Source: Selaginella moellendorffii (lineage: Eukaryota; Plantae; Lycopodiophyta). Taken from it: a stretch of 64,000 nt of DNA. The stretch is taken from assembly GCF_000143415.4 (NCBI RefSeq), contig NW_003314274.1, positions 2,400,623 to 2,464,622 of the forward strand. Reading direction: 5' to 3'. How positions within the stretch are numbered: position 1 is the first letter of the stretch; every line of letters begins with the position of its first letter. A program made the position numbers and the translations under genes. Below the pieces are notes generated by a model. It was given only the letters and a program-made list of their open reading frames with translations, had not been told where the DNA came from and made no database searches. This document shows, in pieces, positions 1 to 10,030 of this stretch.

Positions 1-450
1 TAAACTATCTAGTTCAAAAATATTTACTTTAATTTTGTGACAACAGCACAAGAATCAATGAAAAAGTTTTATATTATTTAATTATTTAATTTTATTTTGT
101 AAACTATATAATAATGAAAAAGAAAAATGATTTAATAGATCATATAATTTTTGGAAACTCTTTTAGGAATTGTCATTTTCAACAATCAAAATGAGGTGTT
201 ATTTCATATCAATCTTAATATTTTTAGATTATTTTTACCTTGAGAGCATACAACCTCTTGACAATACTCATCCCTAATGATGCCAAACTATTAATTAAAT
301 ATAAATTTTAATGACATAGACATAGAGAATAAAATTTATTTAATTTATTTCTTCTAAATTATTTAGTACAACTAAAAGCACTAATCTCTCCAATCTTAAT
401 TTATAACTTTACTTTTTTTCTTTTTGTAAAACTATATAATTTTGAAATGC
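1..450. other. AT-rich, CpG-depleted non-coding tract (probable eroded repeat or gene relic)
   Basis: Strongly A/T-biased, essentially no CG dinucleotides. Short segments recur in degraded form (tgtaaactatataat ~98-112 vs ~425-440; tgccaaactatt ~281-292 vs ~448-459). Confidence 0.6.
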
Positions 451-454
451 CAAA

Positions 455-1369
455 CTATTTAAAAGTACCACTTAACTTTGAGAAACTTTCAAAGGGATTC
501 TCATCTTCAACTGGTCCAGAATCAAAACGAAGCACATTATTCCAAGCGACCCACAACCTCTCCACAATATATGCTGATATATCTTCTATGCCTGATGGTA
601 ATGGTATAAATGAGCAATTCTTATGCATCTGCTGCTTCTGGCACCCAACTAAACTTCCAATCTTTCCCTCATCTAATGCAAGCCACAGATTGATGCTAAA
701 TGGCACACAAGGTGCCAAGCTTTCCAAGAGCCACACGCACACCACCTCTGCCACCCTTGCGTTGCCGTCTTTGAATGGCCTGTGGCCGAAAAACCACAAC
801 AAAGTCTCTGCAGCGATTGTTATCAGGCGCTGGGCACGCTGCTGCCAACTGAGGCTCGGATCATTCTCCAAAGCTCCCACCTTGGTGTGGAGCTCATCAA
901 TATACTTGCCCAAGGCATCACTATCAGCTTCCGCTTCTTCACCACCACCGTGATTCATCATCACAAGCTTGTGCACCTTGACAACATCCTCCAGGCTGAT
1001 GATGTCTCCCTTTTCTTGCCTCGTATCCATGTAATCTGCAGCAGCAACCAGGCCGGCAGGGATGGCACGGGGAACTTCCCTGGGGTCGTAATTTAATCGT
1101 AGCATCCTGGCCCTGGTGGCGCCTGGCTCCAGCGTGAAGGCTCGCGGAGCCACACACAGGTCTAAGAATTCCAAGAGCTGCATCTGCTTTCCAAGGTTAG
1201 GCTCAGGGACCTCCGACAGCTTGGGATGCACGGCCTCGATCTGTTGCAAGAGTTTGGAGGTGCCTACCTCTGGAACATACGCCCACGCTCTTTTGCATCC
1301 CCGCCGATGCCATCCAGGCAGCTCTGTCGCCCACTCCATAAGATGTTCTAGGGATCCAACCCTATACAA
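455..1369 (-). CDS. Fic/DOC (fido) domain protein, variant motif (Fic-1)
   Basis: 304-aa ORF with 'ISLEDVVKVHKLVM' (Fic N-terminal helix) and 'GHRPFKDGNARVA', a variant of HPFxDGNGRxxR. The 5' end is uncertain: a possible acceptor (ttgtatag) lies near 1362, or the ATG at ~1339 is used. Confidence 0.75.
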   Translation of the reverse strand: MYRVGSLEHLMEWATELPGWHRRGCKRAWAYVPEVGTSKLLQQIEAVHPKLSEVPEPNLGKQMQLLEFLDLCVAPRAFTLEPGATRARMLRLNYDPREVPRAIPAGLVAAADYMDTRQEKGDIISLEDVVKVHKLVMMNHGGGEEAEADSDALGKYIDELHTKVGALENDPSLSWQQRAQRLITIAAETLLWFFGHRPFKDGNARVAEVVCVWLLESLAPCVPFSINLWLALDEGKIGSLVGCQKQQMHKNCSFIPLPSGIEDISAYIVERLWVAWNNVLRFDSGPVEDENPFESFSKLSGTFK

Positions 1370-1726
1370 GTAAGGGCAATCGCAGCATCTTCAAAGGTGC
1401 TCGTGGAAAGATTCGCGCAAAATCCGACGGCTGGGATTAGCTTGCGATCTTAGCCGTCCAATTTAGGGCGTTTTGTCTTTTCAGCTTTCAGAATCTCTGG
1501 ATTGCATCTTTCTTCTTCTTGAGCTTTCGATCCATCGCTTCTTTCCGCATCTTTGGTTTGTGTGTTCGTTTCTCGTTTCCTTGCTTTGTTGGTTTTTATG
1601 CAGTATCAAGCTGTGGTTCCCAGTGGCTGATGATCGGGCAAGTTGCGGGAGGTGGGAAGCCTGATTGCTGGTAAAAAGGATAGTCCTTTTAGTGTAATAT
1701 AATCTAAGGACCCCCAAATATTTTAA

Positions 1727-2460
1727 TTGTTCACTGCTTCTTCTAAGGGTTTATATGGTGACTCCCTATCGACTACTTTGAGCTTCAAGTGGATCCGCCT
1801 GAAGAGAATTGTGGCCTTTGTTATTGAGATGCCAGATCTTGGCATGCCAAGCAGAATCGATGGTCAATTCCTTTGCTCTAAGTCCTGCACAGCTTCTCTG
1901 GCTTGGAAGCAGGAAGGGACTCGCAGCGTGGGAATCCGAGCCCAAAAAAATGCTGGTATACTTTAGAACATTATCGTTTCCAGCGAGTTGCTCAATAATT
2001 GCACAAGCGACAATCACACGAAAACATTTCGACATTCCCACAGTCACCTGAATGCTCTGGGCAGTTTTCCATTTGCATCGCCGATGCAACACAAAATGAG
2101 GTACCTAACACGTAAAAGTTTATAGAACTCGTCAAGGATAATAACACTTGCATTCGTTGGACAAATCCTCGTTGAGTTACAACGTTGACTGTGAAACAAT
2201 GCAGAAGAAAGCAGACGCTTACACTTTTCAAGGCCTAATCCTTTGGTAAAGGACGTTGCAATCAACCTTGCATCGACCTGGAGGAACTCACCTAGCATTA
2301 AGCAACGTTTCTGAGCTCCACCGTAAACACTCGCGGAGACGCACACAGGTCTAGGAATTCCGAGAGCTGCACTTACCTCCAACACCTTGGGAGCACGGCC
2401 TCGATCTGTTGCAAAAGTTTGGCTGTGGAACACCATCAATGCCACCATAAGATGTCCATA
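1727..2460 (-). pseudogene. Degenerate paralogue of Fic-1
   Basis: 2341-2422 is recognisably similar at DNA level to 1150-1257 (cacacaggtcta.gaattcc.agagctgca ... gcacggcctcgatctgttgcaa.agtttgg). The fragment 'VGMSKCFRVIVACAIIEQLA' lines up with Fic-1 'DGNARVAEVVCVWLLESLA'. The reading frame is broken into several pieces. Confidence 0.65.
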
Positions 2461-2603
2461 TAAAAAAATCCACTGCTACCTGGTTAAAGAAATGACACTT
2501 ACATGCTACTGTGTCTCAGCAAGCTAAAGTACGACTACTCTAAGGTGAGTGTGATCCAAGCTTATGGATGATCTTGATGCTGCAGGTCCTTGGTCAAGGT
2601 GTG

Positions 2604-3579
2604 CTATTGCTGGCAGAATCCACTAGTCACCTGAAGAACAGTTGGAATCCATTCACCATAACAATTCACTACTAACCTGCTCATAGAACTTATCCAGCAT
2701 GAATGTTGCCACTTCATACGGTGGAGTCCTCCTCACTTGACTCTTTTGCAATAACCAGCCGAAAAACAGGCCGCTGAAAAAACAAATGGATGAATACCAA
2801 GTTGAATATTGAGATAATATATTACCTTGGTATGGTGAAGTGAATACCGAGAGCATGGAACATAATGCCTGCCATCATCACGCGAGACACTCTCCCATTT
2901 CCATCAACAAAAGGATGAATCTCAAGAAACTCCTTTGCTACAGCAGCAGCAAGCTTGATAGCAGCAGAAACTCTTAGTTCCGGGGAAGAAGCCTTCAACT
3001 CCTTCAAAAAAAGAAACAAAGAATAAAAAGACCAAACAAACTAAAATGAAAACAAAGTATGCTCTTACCAGGTTCAAGGTGTTGAGAGCATAGTTGAAGG
3101 AGTCCACAAATGATGCCATTCTTTGCCGCACCAAACTTGGATGAAGATAGGGGAGTTGTTCCTTCTTCCGGAGTTGACCTTGAGAGAGTTCCAGTTTAAT
3201 GGTATAAACCATCTGTGTGCGGTATTCTCCACGCTCTCCATCCATGTCCAAGTCTGTCACGTTCAACGCTCTGTGAATCTCCGCTATATCATTCTCCGTT
3301 ATTCTGCCTCTGAGGAGTGCCTCCTCGAATGCCGTCTTGGATGCGAATTTGTCACGCCCAATACAACCTGCTAGCACAGCTACCATCTGCTCGCTTGTTT
3401 TCTCTTGGTTGATCGGGAACTTGATATCATTCATCTCTGCAACCACATTTCTCCACCATGGTTCATTCTCCATGCTGAAGTCGACATTCATCTAAATCAC
3501 ACAGGATAGAGATGAGAAAGCTCGTAGGAAAGCAAGAAAAAGGGACTACCAGGATTACCTTATCGCAGCACTTAGACAT
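2604..3579 (-). CDS. Spliced Fic-domain protein with canonical AMPylase motif (Fic-2)
   Basis: Exons joined by GT-AG introns (~3492-3558, ~3002-3069, ~2775-2825, ~2631-2676) give ...ITENDIAEIHRAL...ERGEYRTQMV...PYLHPSLVRQRMASFVD...EFLEIHPFVDGNGRVSRVMM... The start is uncertain (ATG 3579, or an upstream exon from ~3742). Confidence 0.8.
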
Positions 3580-5211
3580 CGTGGATTCCTCACTTGGCCA
3601 ACTCTGTAGCAGCCACCATCGATAGTAAAATTGGCATCATCAAGAAGAAACTCGGGCGCTCAAACTCCGTAGCTCTCAAAGGGAAGGAAAGGCGAAAAGG
3701 GACTACATACCTTGTCACGCGCTTAGACGGCAATTCTCTCATAGACTCGCTCGATCCTGCGAGCCGCGGCGGCCGCTGTGCTAAATGCTCACCGATGAAG
3801 CCCTAGCGCGCTCCCCAGCGCTCCCAGCAAACTCCCCCCAAGCTATATATTCAAACTCCATGAAGCCCTTTCAACGGCTCACAATGAGCCACGTGTACTC
3901 CGGCATCTGGGCATCGGAGATCTGGCGCAAGGAGAAATACCCATTCTGGGCATATGCTGCTATACCTTGCAATCCAGCTGCTGGATTCGGCTCGAAGCAT
4001 CAGGTGATCGGCCCAGCGTCTCCGCCAGATGCTCTTCGAGCGCCCCTTCCTCGACCGGGAATGTCTCCAGCTAGGAACTTGGACGCGAGGGCCCTCTCGC
4101 CATGCACAACCCGCCATCTCCCCGCCTTGCCATGGAACAGTGACGACCATCGCAAAAAAGCAGCGAGTTCGTCTGTGCTCCAAACGCGATAGCCTGAACT
4201 GCGCAAACGAAGCACTTGGCCTTCCTCGTGCTAGCCAGTGTCCCGCTGGGATTCCTGCCGCAACCCCTGCCGAGCATAGCAGCCAATGTGGAATGATGAA
4301 AGCGTGGCCCATATAACATGGTTACAAAATTAAAGCAACATAAAGAAGTCACAAAAAAAGAAGTTAGTATAATTGCTTTACATTATAAAAACAAAAAAAA
4401 AAACTGCATTTAGCCATAAAAATTAAATAATAAATAAAAATCAGGAAAAAAAAAAACACAGAAGAAAAGGAAGCAAATACCTTGGGTCACTCTTTACATG
4501 GTGTTAAATTTAGTTTCTTGAAGATCTATCAAGCATTTAAACCACAAATTTTTTGTCTACTTCTTATATATGAAGACACTGAAGACACTGACTAATGCAC
4601 TATTTTATATATGCAGTTATCTTACAAGATTAGTTGAGTAAATTAATTAGGTAAGTATTACAAAAGATGGCAAATAAGTAGACAGGTATCATTTAAAGTT
4701 AAATGTCTTAAAAGGATTTTAATCTACCTAAGAACACATGATATATATGTGTATATTACTAATTGAATGCAATATATTTATAAGTTTATTAGTTACAACT
4801 CCCATAAGCTCGTGATATAACTCTTTTGCTTGCAATCTAGGATTTTGTTTACAGAGGATTGGGTAATGTTCTTTGCTTGAACTTGGGACTTAATATTATG
4901 TTTTTATTCATTATAATATTTCCAGACTATATTTATTTATAGTAATTGTTATTCATAATAATAATTTTTGAATCAGGTAAGTTTACATTAAAATATTTAT
5001 ATTATCTGTAATTATTCTTATTAATTATTTTTACTTAGTATACTTAAGATCTTAGTTCCCATTAATAAACTATTTGTTTGAATAGTAATATATTTATGTT
5101 CTAAAAAACTTAAAACATAATGAGAGGGATAAAGTAGGATTACCAAGTTATAAATACAGGTTGATTACCCTAGCCATATTTGTATATTTTATATATACAA
5201 TATAAAGACAT

Positions 5212-5385
5212 TGTGAGTGCATGGAATATGGAAAGGAAATACAGAAATGTGCATATCAATTAACCCCAAAACCCTAGCTTATATACAGGAGCGAGTGGTC
5301 CGGATTGAAACCAATCCGACGGCTACCAAAATCCACTACGCTAATATTAGTATACGGCATCGTAGCCGTACACTTGGCCCTCACA
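5212..5385 (-). repeat. 3' LTR (174 bp, TGTGAG...CTCACA)
   Basis: Identical to 10048-10220 except one extra C near the end; 6-bp terminal inverted repeats. Confidence 0.97.
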
Positions 5386-5400
5386 TCATCCCCTCCTCTC
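5386..5400 (-). other. Polypurine tract
   Basis: Minus strand GAGAGGAGGGGATGA directly abuts the 3' LTR. Confidence 0.85.
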
Positions 5401-5417
5401 GGAATAATGGAAGGCCG

Positions 5418-8400
5418 TCAGGGTTCTCTTGTAGATGGGCCGGGATCTGGAGGAACGTCAGGAGGAGGCATCAGTGGATCTGTAGACGGTATTAACTGCT
5501 CCTGATCCCTCTGTATGAAGCGTTTTAACCGCTGCACATGCACAATCTCCGGAGGATCAGCCTGCTGAACGTCATGCCGAACCTCATAAACTTGTGGTCC
5601 AACTTGCCGCAACACCCGATACGGTCCTTTCCACTGCACAAGGAGCCCCTTAGATAAACCACATACCGTAAGATGGGGAAAACGGACTAACACCAAATCA
5701 TCCACTTTGTACTCCACTGGTGGACGATGATGGGAATTGTAGCGCCGTTGTTGTCCCACTTGTACGCGGCCTAAGTGTTCAGCAGACTCTGCTCGGACAA
5801 GTAGAAGAATGCTTGTCAAATATTGATCCCATGACCTAGCATCAGGAGCTCGTGGCAATCGCGAAGGTAAACCTAGCTCTGTTGGTAATATTGGATCATG
5901 ACCATATAGAAGTTTATATGGTGAAGCACCAACAGAACTCTGCACCCCTGTGACATAAGCATACCGAAGAAACGGCAAATAACCATCCCAATCCGAATGT
6001 TGAAAGTTCACATACTTCGCAATCATCCCTTTGAATGTCCGAACGAGCCGTTCCACCAGACCGTCTGATTGTGGATGATAAGCACTCGTAAAAGTGTGGC
6101 GTATCCCCAACCGAGATGTCAAAACATGAAATACCTCAGCCATAAATGCAGGACCATTATCCGAAAGAATCCGTTCTGGACAAGAATGCTGGAACACCAC
6201 TCGATTGAGGAGGAAGTATCCAACAGCAGTTGCAGAGGCACTAGCAAGAGCACCAACTTCCACCCAACGAGTCAAGTAGTCAGAAGCAATAATAACATAC
6301 TCATTGCCAGCAGTCGATCGCGGAAAAGGTCCCATAAGATCAAACGCCACCAACTCAAACGGACGAGAAACTGCAATTGACTCCAACCGTCCTTCCGCAA
6401 CACAAGGGGGAGTATTACGAGCTTGGCACCAAACGCAGCTACGCACATACCGGATAATATCACGTCGCATCTCTGGCCAATAGAAAGATCTGCGCAACTT
6501 CTCGGTGACACGACGGTGTCCCATATGCCCACCTAGAATAGGAGAATCATGGTAGGCATGGAGAAACCGCGGAATAAACACCGAAGGCACCACCAGCCGT
6601 AAATGAGCATCAGGATCCGTCCCCACAAAATAAACAAGGCCATCTTCAAGGCGATATTGAGAATGTAAATGCCGAAAAGGCAAGTCATCAGCAAGTGATG
6701 CAGGATTCTCAAACCCATCTCGAAGCCTTCGAATCCACGGCTCAATCTTTTGAGCCTCGCGAACCTCATCCAGAGAAGGTAGATCTTGCTCTACGCCCTG
6801 TGGACACTGAACGTCAAGGACAGCAACCGCCGACGGCACAGAATCCTCATCTAGAAAATCCACAGATGCTGGAACAACAGGTTCATCAGAAACATGAGAA
6901 GTGAGTGGAGAAGGAAGAGGAGCTCGAGAAAGGGCATCAGCATCAGCCATAGAACTCTCTGGGCGATGAACAACATCGAAATCATATATCTGAAGCTTCA
7001 AAGCCCATCGAGCCATACGACCAACCAGGTTCTTCCGCTTCAATAATGAAGTAACAGCAGCATGGTCACCTTCAAGTAACGTCCGAGAACCATGTAGATA
7101 GGCATGAAGTTTCTCGAAACCCCAGACTGCTGCTAAACACTCCTTCTCCGTCGTGGAGTAGTTCATCTCCGCTGGTTGTAATGTACGGCTTATGTATGCA
7201 ATGGGATGGCGCTGACCAGGCACACTCGAGCTCTCTTGCATCAACACACCTCCAAGACCAATGTCAGAAGCATCCACGCGCAAAATAAAAGGTCGAGTGT
7301 AGTCAAGATATGCCAAAACCGGAGGAGTTGTCAATAGCTCTTTGAGATTCACGAACGCCCGCTCACAATCGGGAGACCAGATGAAAGATGACGTTGATGA
7401 CTTCAGCAACGCTCGCAATGGTAAAGTGCGATCGGAAAAATGATCCACAAAACGACCGAGATACTGCACCTTACCCAAAAAGCGCTGCACATCATTCACA
7501 CACTTCGGAGTAGGGAACTTTAGAACAGCCACAAGTTTGTCAGGATCAACTTGCAAACCCTCACGAGAAATACGGTACCCAAGATAAGTTGTGTCCTTGG
7601 ACCCAAACACGCACTTCGACCGCTTCAGCTTTAAACCAACGTCGCGTAGCCGATCCAACACTTTACAAACATCACGAACATGCTCCTCCCACGTCCCCTC
7701 CGAGTGGATCAAGACATCATCAATGAAGTCGGCCGTCACCTCTGGCATATCGCAAAGAACCTCGTCCATCATGCGCTGAAAAGTTGCTGGAGCATTGTTC
7801 AAACCAAACGGCATCACCAAAAACTCGTACAAACCAAATGGTGTACAAAAAGCAGTCTTAGGAATATCGTCTTCAGCCATCGGTACTTGCCAATACCCAG
7901 AAGCAAGATCTAGCTTGGTGAACCAACGACTTCGCCCCAGATGATCCAAGAGATCAGCAGTGTGAGGAAGAGGGTACACGTCCGGGATCGTCACTTCATT
8001 TAACGGACGATAGTCGATGCAGAAACGAATACTCCCATCAGGCTTTGTCACAAGATGAGGTTCACATGCCCAAGGACTCCGCGACTTCCGAATAACACCC
8101 TTCTCCAACATCTCCTTGACGTTTGCACGTAAAATCTTGATCTCCTTGGGTGACCGACGACGAACAGGAACCTTGATTGGACGAGCATCCCCGGTTGGAA
8201 TGGGATGACGTGTGGCAATCTTGGCCCCAGACGATAGGTCAAATTCAAAGAGATCAGAATACTCCTTCATGAGCTGATCAACAGCTGCAACACAAAGATC
8301 ATCGGAGGGATCGAAAAAGGGAAGAGCAGAACAAGATGGAAACACAAGAGGAAATAATGGGGGAACAAAAGTAATGGAAGCAGAGGTAGAAGTAGAGGGA

Positions 8401-8906
8401 CGAAGAGGTACAGAAGTGAGAGGAATGGATGAAACATAAGGAAGTATGAGACAAGGGGGAAAAGCCTCAAAGTCACACTTGGCATGATTGTGCTGCAACC
8501 AATCCATACCAAGAATGAGGTCAAAAGCTTGACTCGGCACCACCTGCAACGACTGCAACTCAAGCTCGAGATCGCCCACACGCACAACCAGGTCCGCCTC
8601 ATCTCGTGCACATGCATGTGTACGGCCGTTGCCATAAAGAATGAAAACTGGATCCGCCGCACGACGCAAGTGTAGACGACAACGTGTGGCAACAGGTCGA
8701 GCAATAGAAGATAAACTCGAACCTGTATCAACCAACACGGAGAGAAGAATAGGAGACCTCTTGTTATAAAAACGAGCTTGGAAAGTAAACACTGGATGAA
8801 CCGGTGCCGAGTGAACCCCTTGATGATACTCCCGAAAGAAAAATGGAGGGATCACTAACTTATTCGCGCAAGGTCCCTCCATTACTCGCGCGACTCCTCG
8901 TTTCCC
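5418..8906 (-). CDS. pol: Pol polyprotein (protease, RT, RNase H, integrase), -1 frame relative to gag
   Basis: VLVDTGSS (protease); KLDLASGYWQV, MPFGL, FIDD (RT); VDASDIGLGGVL (RNase H); HDSPILGGH...CVWC, DDE core and WKGPY (integrase). Uninterrupted frame; no chromodomain seen. Confidence 0.95.
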   Translation of the reverse strand, partial: GKRGVARVMEGPCANKLVIPPFFFREYHQGVHSAPVHPVFTFQARFYNKRSPILLSVLVDTGSSLSSIARPVATRCRLHLRRAADPVFILYGNGRTHACARDEADLVVRVGDLELELQSLQVVPSQAFDLILGMDWLQHNHAKCDFEAFPPCLILPYVSSIPLTSVPLRPSTSTSASITFVPPLFPLVFPSCSALPFFDPSDDLCVAAVDQLMKEYSDLFEFDLSSGAKIATRHPIPTGDARPIKVPVRRRSPKEIKILRANVKEMLEKGVIRKSRSPWACEPHLVTKPDGSIRFCIDYRPLNEVTIPDVYPLPHTADLLDHLGRSRWFTKLDLASGYWQVPMAEDDIPKTAFCTPFGLYEFLVMPFGLNNAPATFQRMMDEVLCDMPEVTADFIDDVLIHSEGTWEEHVRDVCKVLDRLRDVGLKLKRSKCVFGSKDTTYLGYRISREGLQVDPDKLVAVLKFPTPKCVNDVQRFLGKVQYLGRFVDHFSDRTLPLRALLKSSTSSFIWSPDCERAFVNLKELLTTPPVLAYLDYTRPFILRVDASDIGLGGVLMQESSSVPGQRHPIAYISRTLQPAEMNYSTTEKECLAAVWGFEKLHAYLHGSRTLLEGDHAAVTSLLKRKNLVGRMARWALKLQIYDFDVVHRPESSMADADALSRAPLPSPLTSHVSDEPVVPASVDFLDEDSVPSAVAVLDVQCPQGVEQDLPSLDEVREAQKIEPWIRRLRDGFENPASLADDLPFRHLHSQYRLEDGLVYFVGTDPDAHLRLVVPSVFIPRFLHAYHDSPILGGHMGHRRVTEKLRRSFYWPEMRRDIIRYVRSCVWCQARNTPPCVAEGRLESIAVSRPFELVAFDLMGPFPRSTAGNEYVIIASDYLTRWVEVGALASASATAVGYFLLNRVVFQHSCPERILSDNGPAFMAEVFHVLTSRLGIRHTFTSAYHPQSDGLVERLVRTFKGMIAKYVNFQHSDWDGYLPFLRYAYVTGVQSSVGASPYKLLYGHDPILPTELGLPSRLPRAPDARSWDQYLTSILLLVRAESAEHLGRVQVGQQRRYNSHHRPPVEYKVDDLVLVRFPHLTVCGLSKGLLVQWKGPYRVLRQVGPQVYEVRHDVQQADPPEIVHVQRLKRFIQRDQEQLIPSTDPLMPPPDVPPDPGPSTREP
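8842..8906 (-). promoter_or_regulatory. -1 programmed ribosomal frameshift signal: G GGA AAC plus H-type pseudoknot
   Basis: Slippery heptamer at 8900-8906 in the gag frame, 6-nt spacer, stem 1 (8885-8893 with 8864-8872, 9 bp including one GU), stem 2 (8874-8883 with 8842-8851, 10 bp). Confidence 0.88.
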
Positions 8907-8995
8907 GAATGCACCTCGGTATCCAAACCTTCCACCGCAGCAGCACCAACGGGACGTTGCTGACGCCAAGGTCTCCACCCAGGAAATGGAGGTCG

Positions 8996-9814
8996 CTAAT
9001 CCGGAAAGCGCCGACAACGCCGATAAGTATGACCAACTTCATCACACGCCCAGCAACGAATGTCACGGCCACGACCACGTCCTCGCCCTTGTCCTTGGAC
9101 TCGAGTAGCAGCAGCATCAACCTCCATGGGAACAGGACCATCACTCATAGGAAGTGGAGCTGAAGGACGTGTAGCAAGAAGTGGAAGAGGCGACGTCTCA
9201 TAACGTTGTGCCAAGCGAAGAGCATCGTCAAGAGTGGCAGGAGCAAGTCCATGCACAAGTCCGACAAGATCTTGACGAAGTGCTGGCCACAGCATTCCTA
9301 GCTTGATCCGCTCCGACATATTTGGCTCCGCACGAAGCAAAAGACTTCGGAAACGAACGCCAAATTGCATCACCGACTCAGATGGCCCTTGGCGAAGACG
9401 ATGCAATTGTTGGAAGGCATCATCACAATCGTCGGCGTGTCCGAAGGCGCGTTTGAAGACGTCCGGAAGAACACTCCAATCGCCACGAGTAGCTGCGCTC
9501 AATCCATTGTACCACTGCAATGCTGTCCCTTGAAGACATGTGGGGAACTCACGCAAACGCCGAGCATCATCCCAAGAATGATATGTGGCAATCACCGTGA
9601 AGTGATCGAACCAATGGTACACATCATCCCCAGGATTCCCACGAAAGAACTCCGGCCGAACGCGAGGATTGGCACCAAAAGCAGGAGGAGTTGTACCATG
9701 TGCCGTGAACGCCGCCATCAACTGAGTTTGGTTGTTCAATTGCAGGCGCATAGCATCAAGCAATTGAACCAACTGCTGCTCTAGAGTCAAAGGAGGAGAT
9801 TGCGGATCGGCCAT
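8996..9814 (-). CDS. gag: Gag (capsid plus CCHC nucleocapsid), interrupted by TAG at 8996-8998
   Basis: RPEFFRG...WFDHF...WDD...LQGTALQWY...LRQGPSESV (retrotransposon gag), CWACDEVGHTYRRC knuckle. The frame continues past the TAG for 37 more codons to a TAA at 8882-8884. Confidence 0.92.
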   Translation of the reverse strand: MADPQSPPLTLEQQLVQLLDAMRLQLNNQTQLMAAFTAHGTTPPAFGANPRVRPEFFRGNPGDDVYHWFDHFTVIATYHSWDDARRLREFPTCLQGTALQWYNGLSAATRGDWSVLPDVFKRAFGHADDCDDAFQQLHRLRQGPSESVMQFGVRFRSLLLRAEPNMSERIKLGMLWPALRQDLVGLVHGLAPATLDDALRLAQRYETSPLPLLATRPSAPLPMSDGPVPMEVDAAATRVQGQGRGRGRGRDIRCWACDEVGHTYRRCRRFPD

Positions 9815-9875
9815 GAAAATGAATGAGAAAGAAAGAGCAAAAGAAGAGAAATGACAAAAAGCTAGAAAGAAATGG

Positions 9876-9988
9876 TAGATCTAGACAATGCAAAAAGCTA
9901 GATCTAAACCAAAATCTTGAAAGGAAAGAACAAAAGAAAGGAAATGGAAAAAGCTAGATCTAGACAATGCAAAAGCTAGATCTAAACC
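9876..9988. repeat. Two ~35-bp direct repeats in the retrotransposon 5' leader
   Basis: tagatctagacaatgcaaaa(a)gctagatctaaacc at ~9876-9910 and ~9955-9988. Confidence 0.8.
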
Positions 9989-10030
9989 GAAATCCCAAAT
10001 CCAAGCACTCCCCAGGGACAATCAAAGGTG

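Noticed and set aside
455-3579. Fic genes as bacterial contamination or a bacterial toxin-antitoxin operon
   Set aside because: Fic-2 has GT-AG introns of the same size class as neighbouring plant genes and is contiguous with a plant LTR element; no operon or RBS structure is seen.
5418-5520. Chromodomain or env-like ORF at the end of pol
   Set aside because: Integrase ends in a short Pro-rich tail followed directly by the PPT and LTR.
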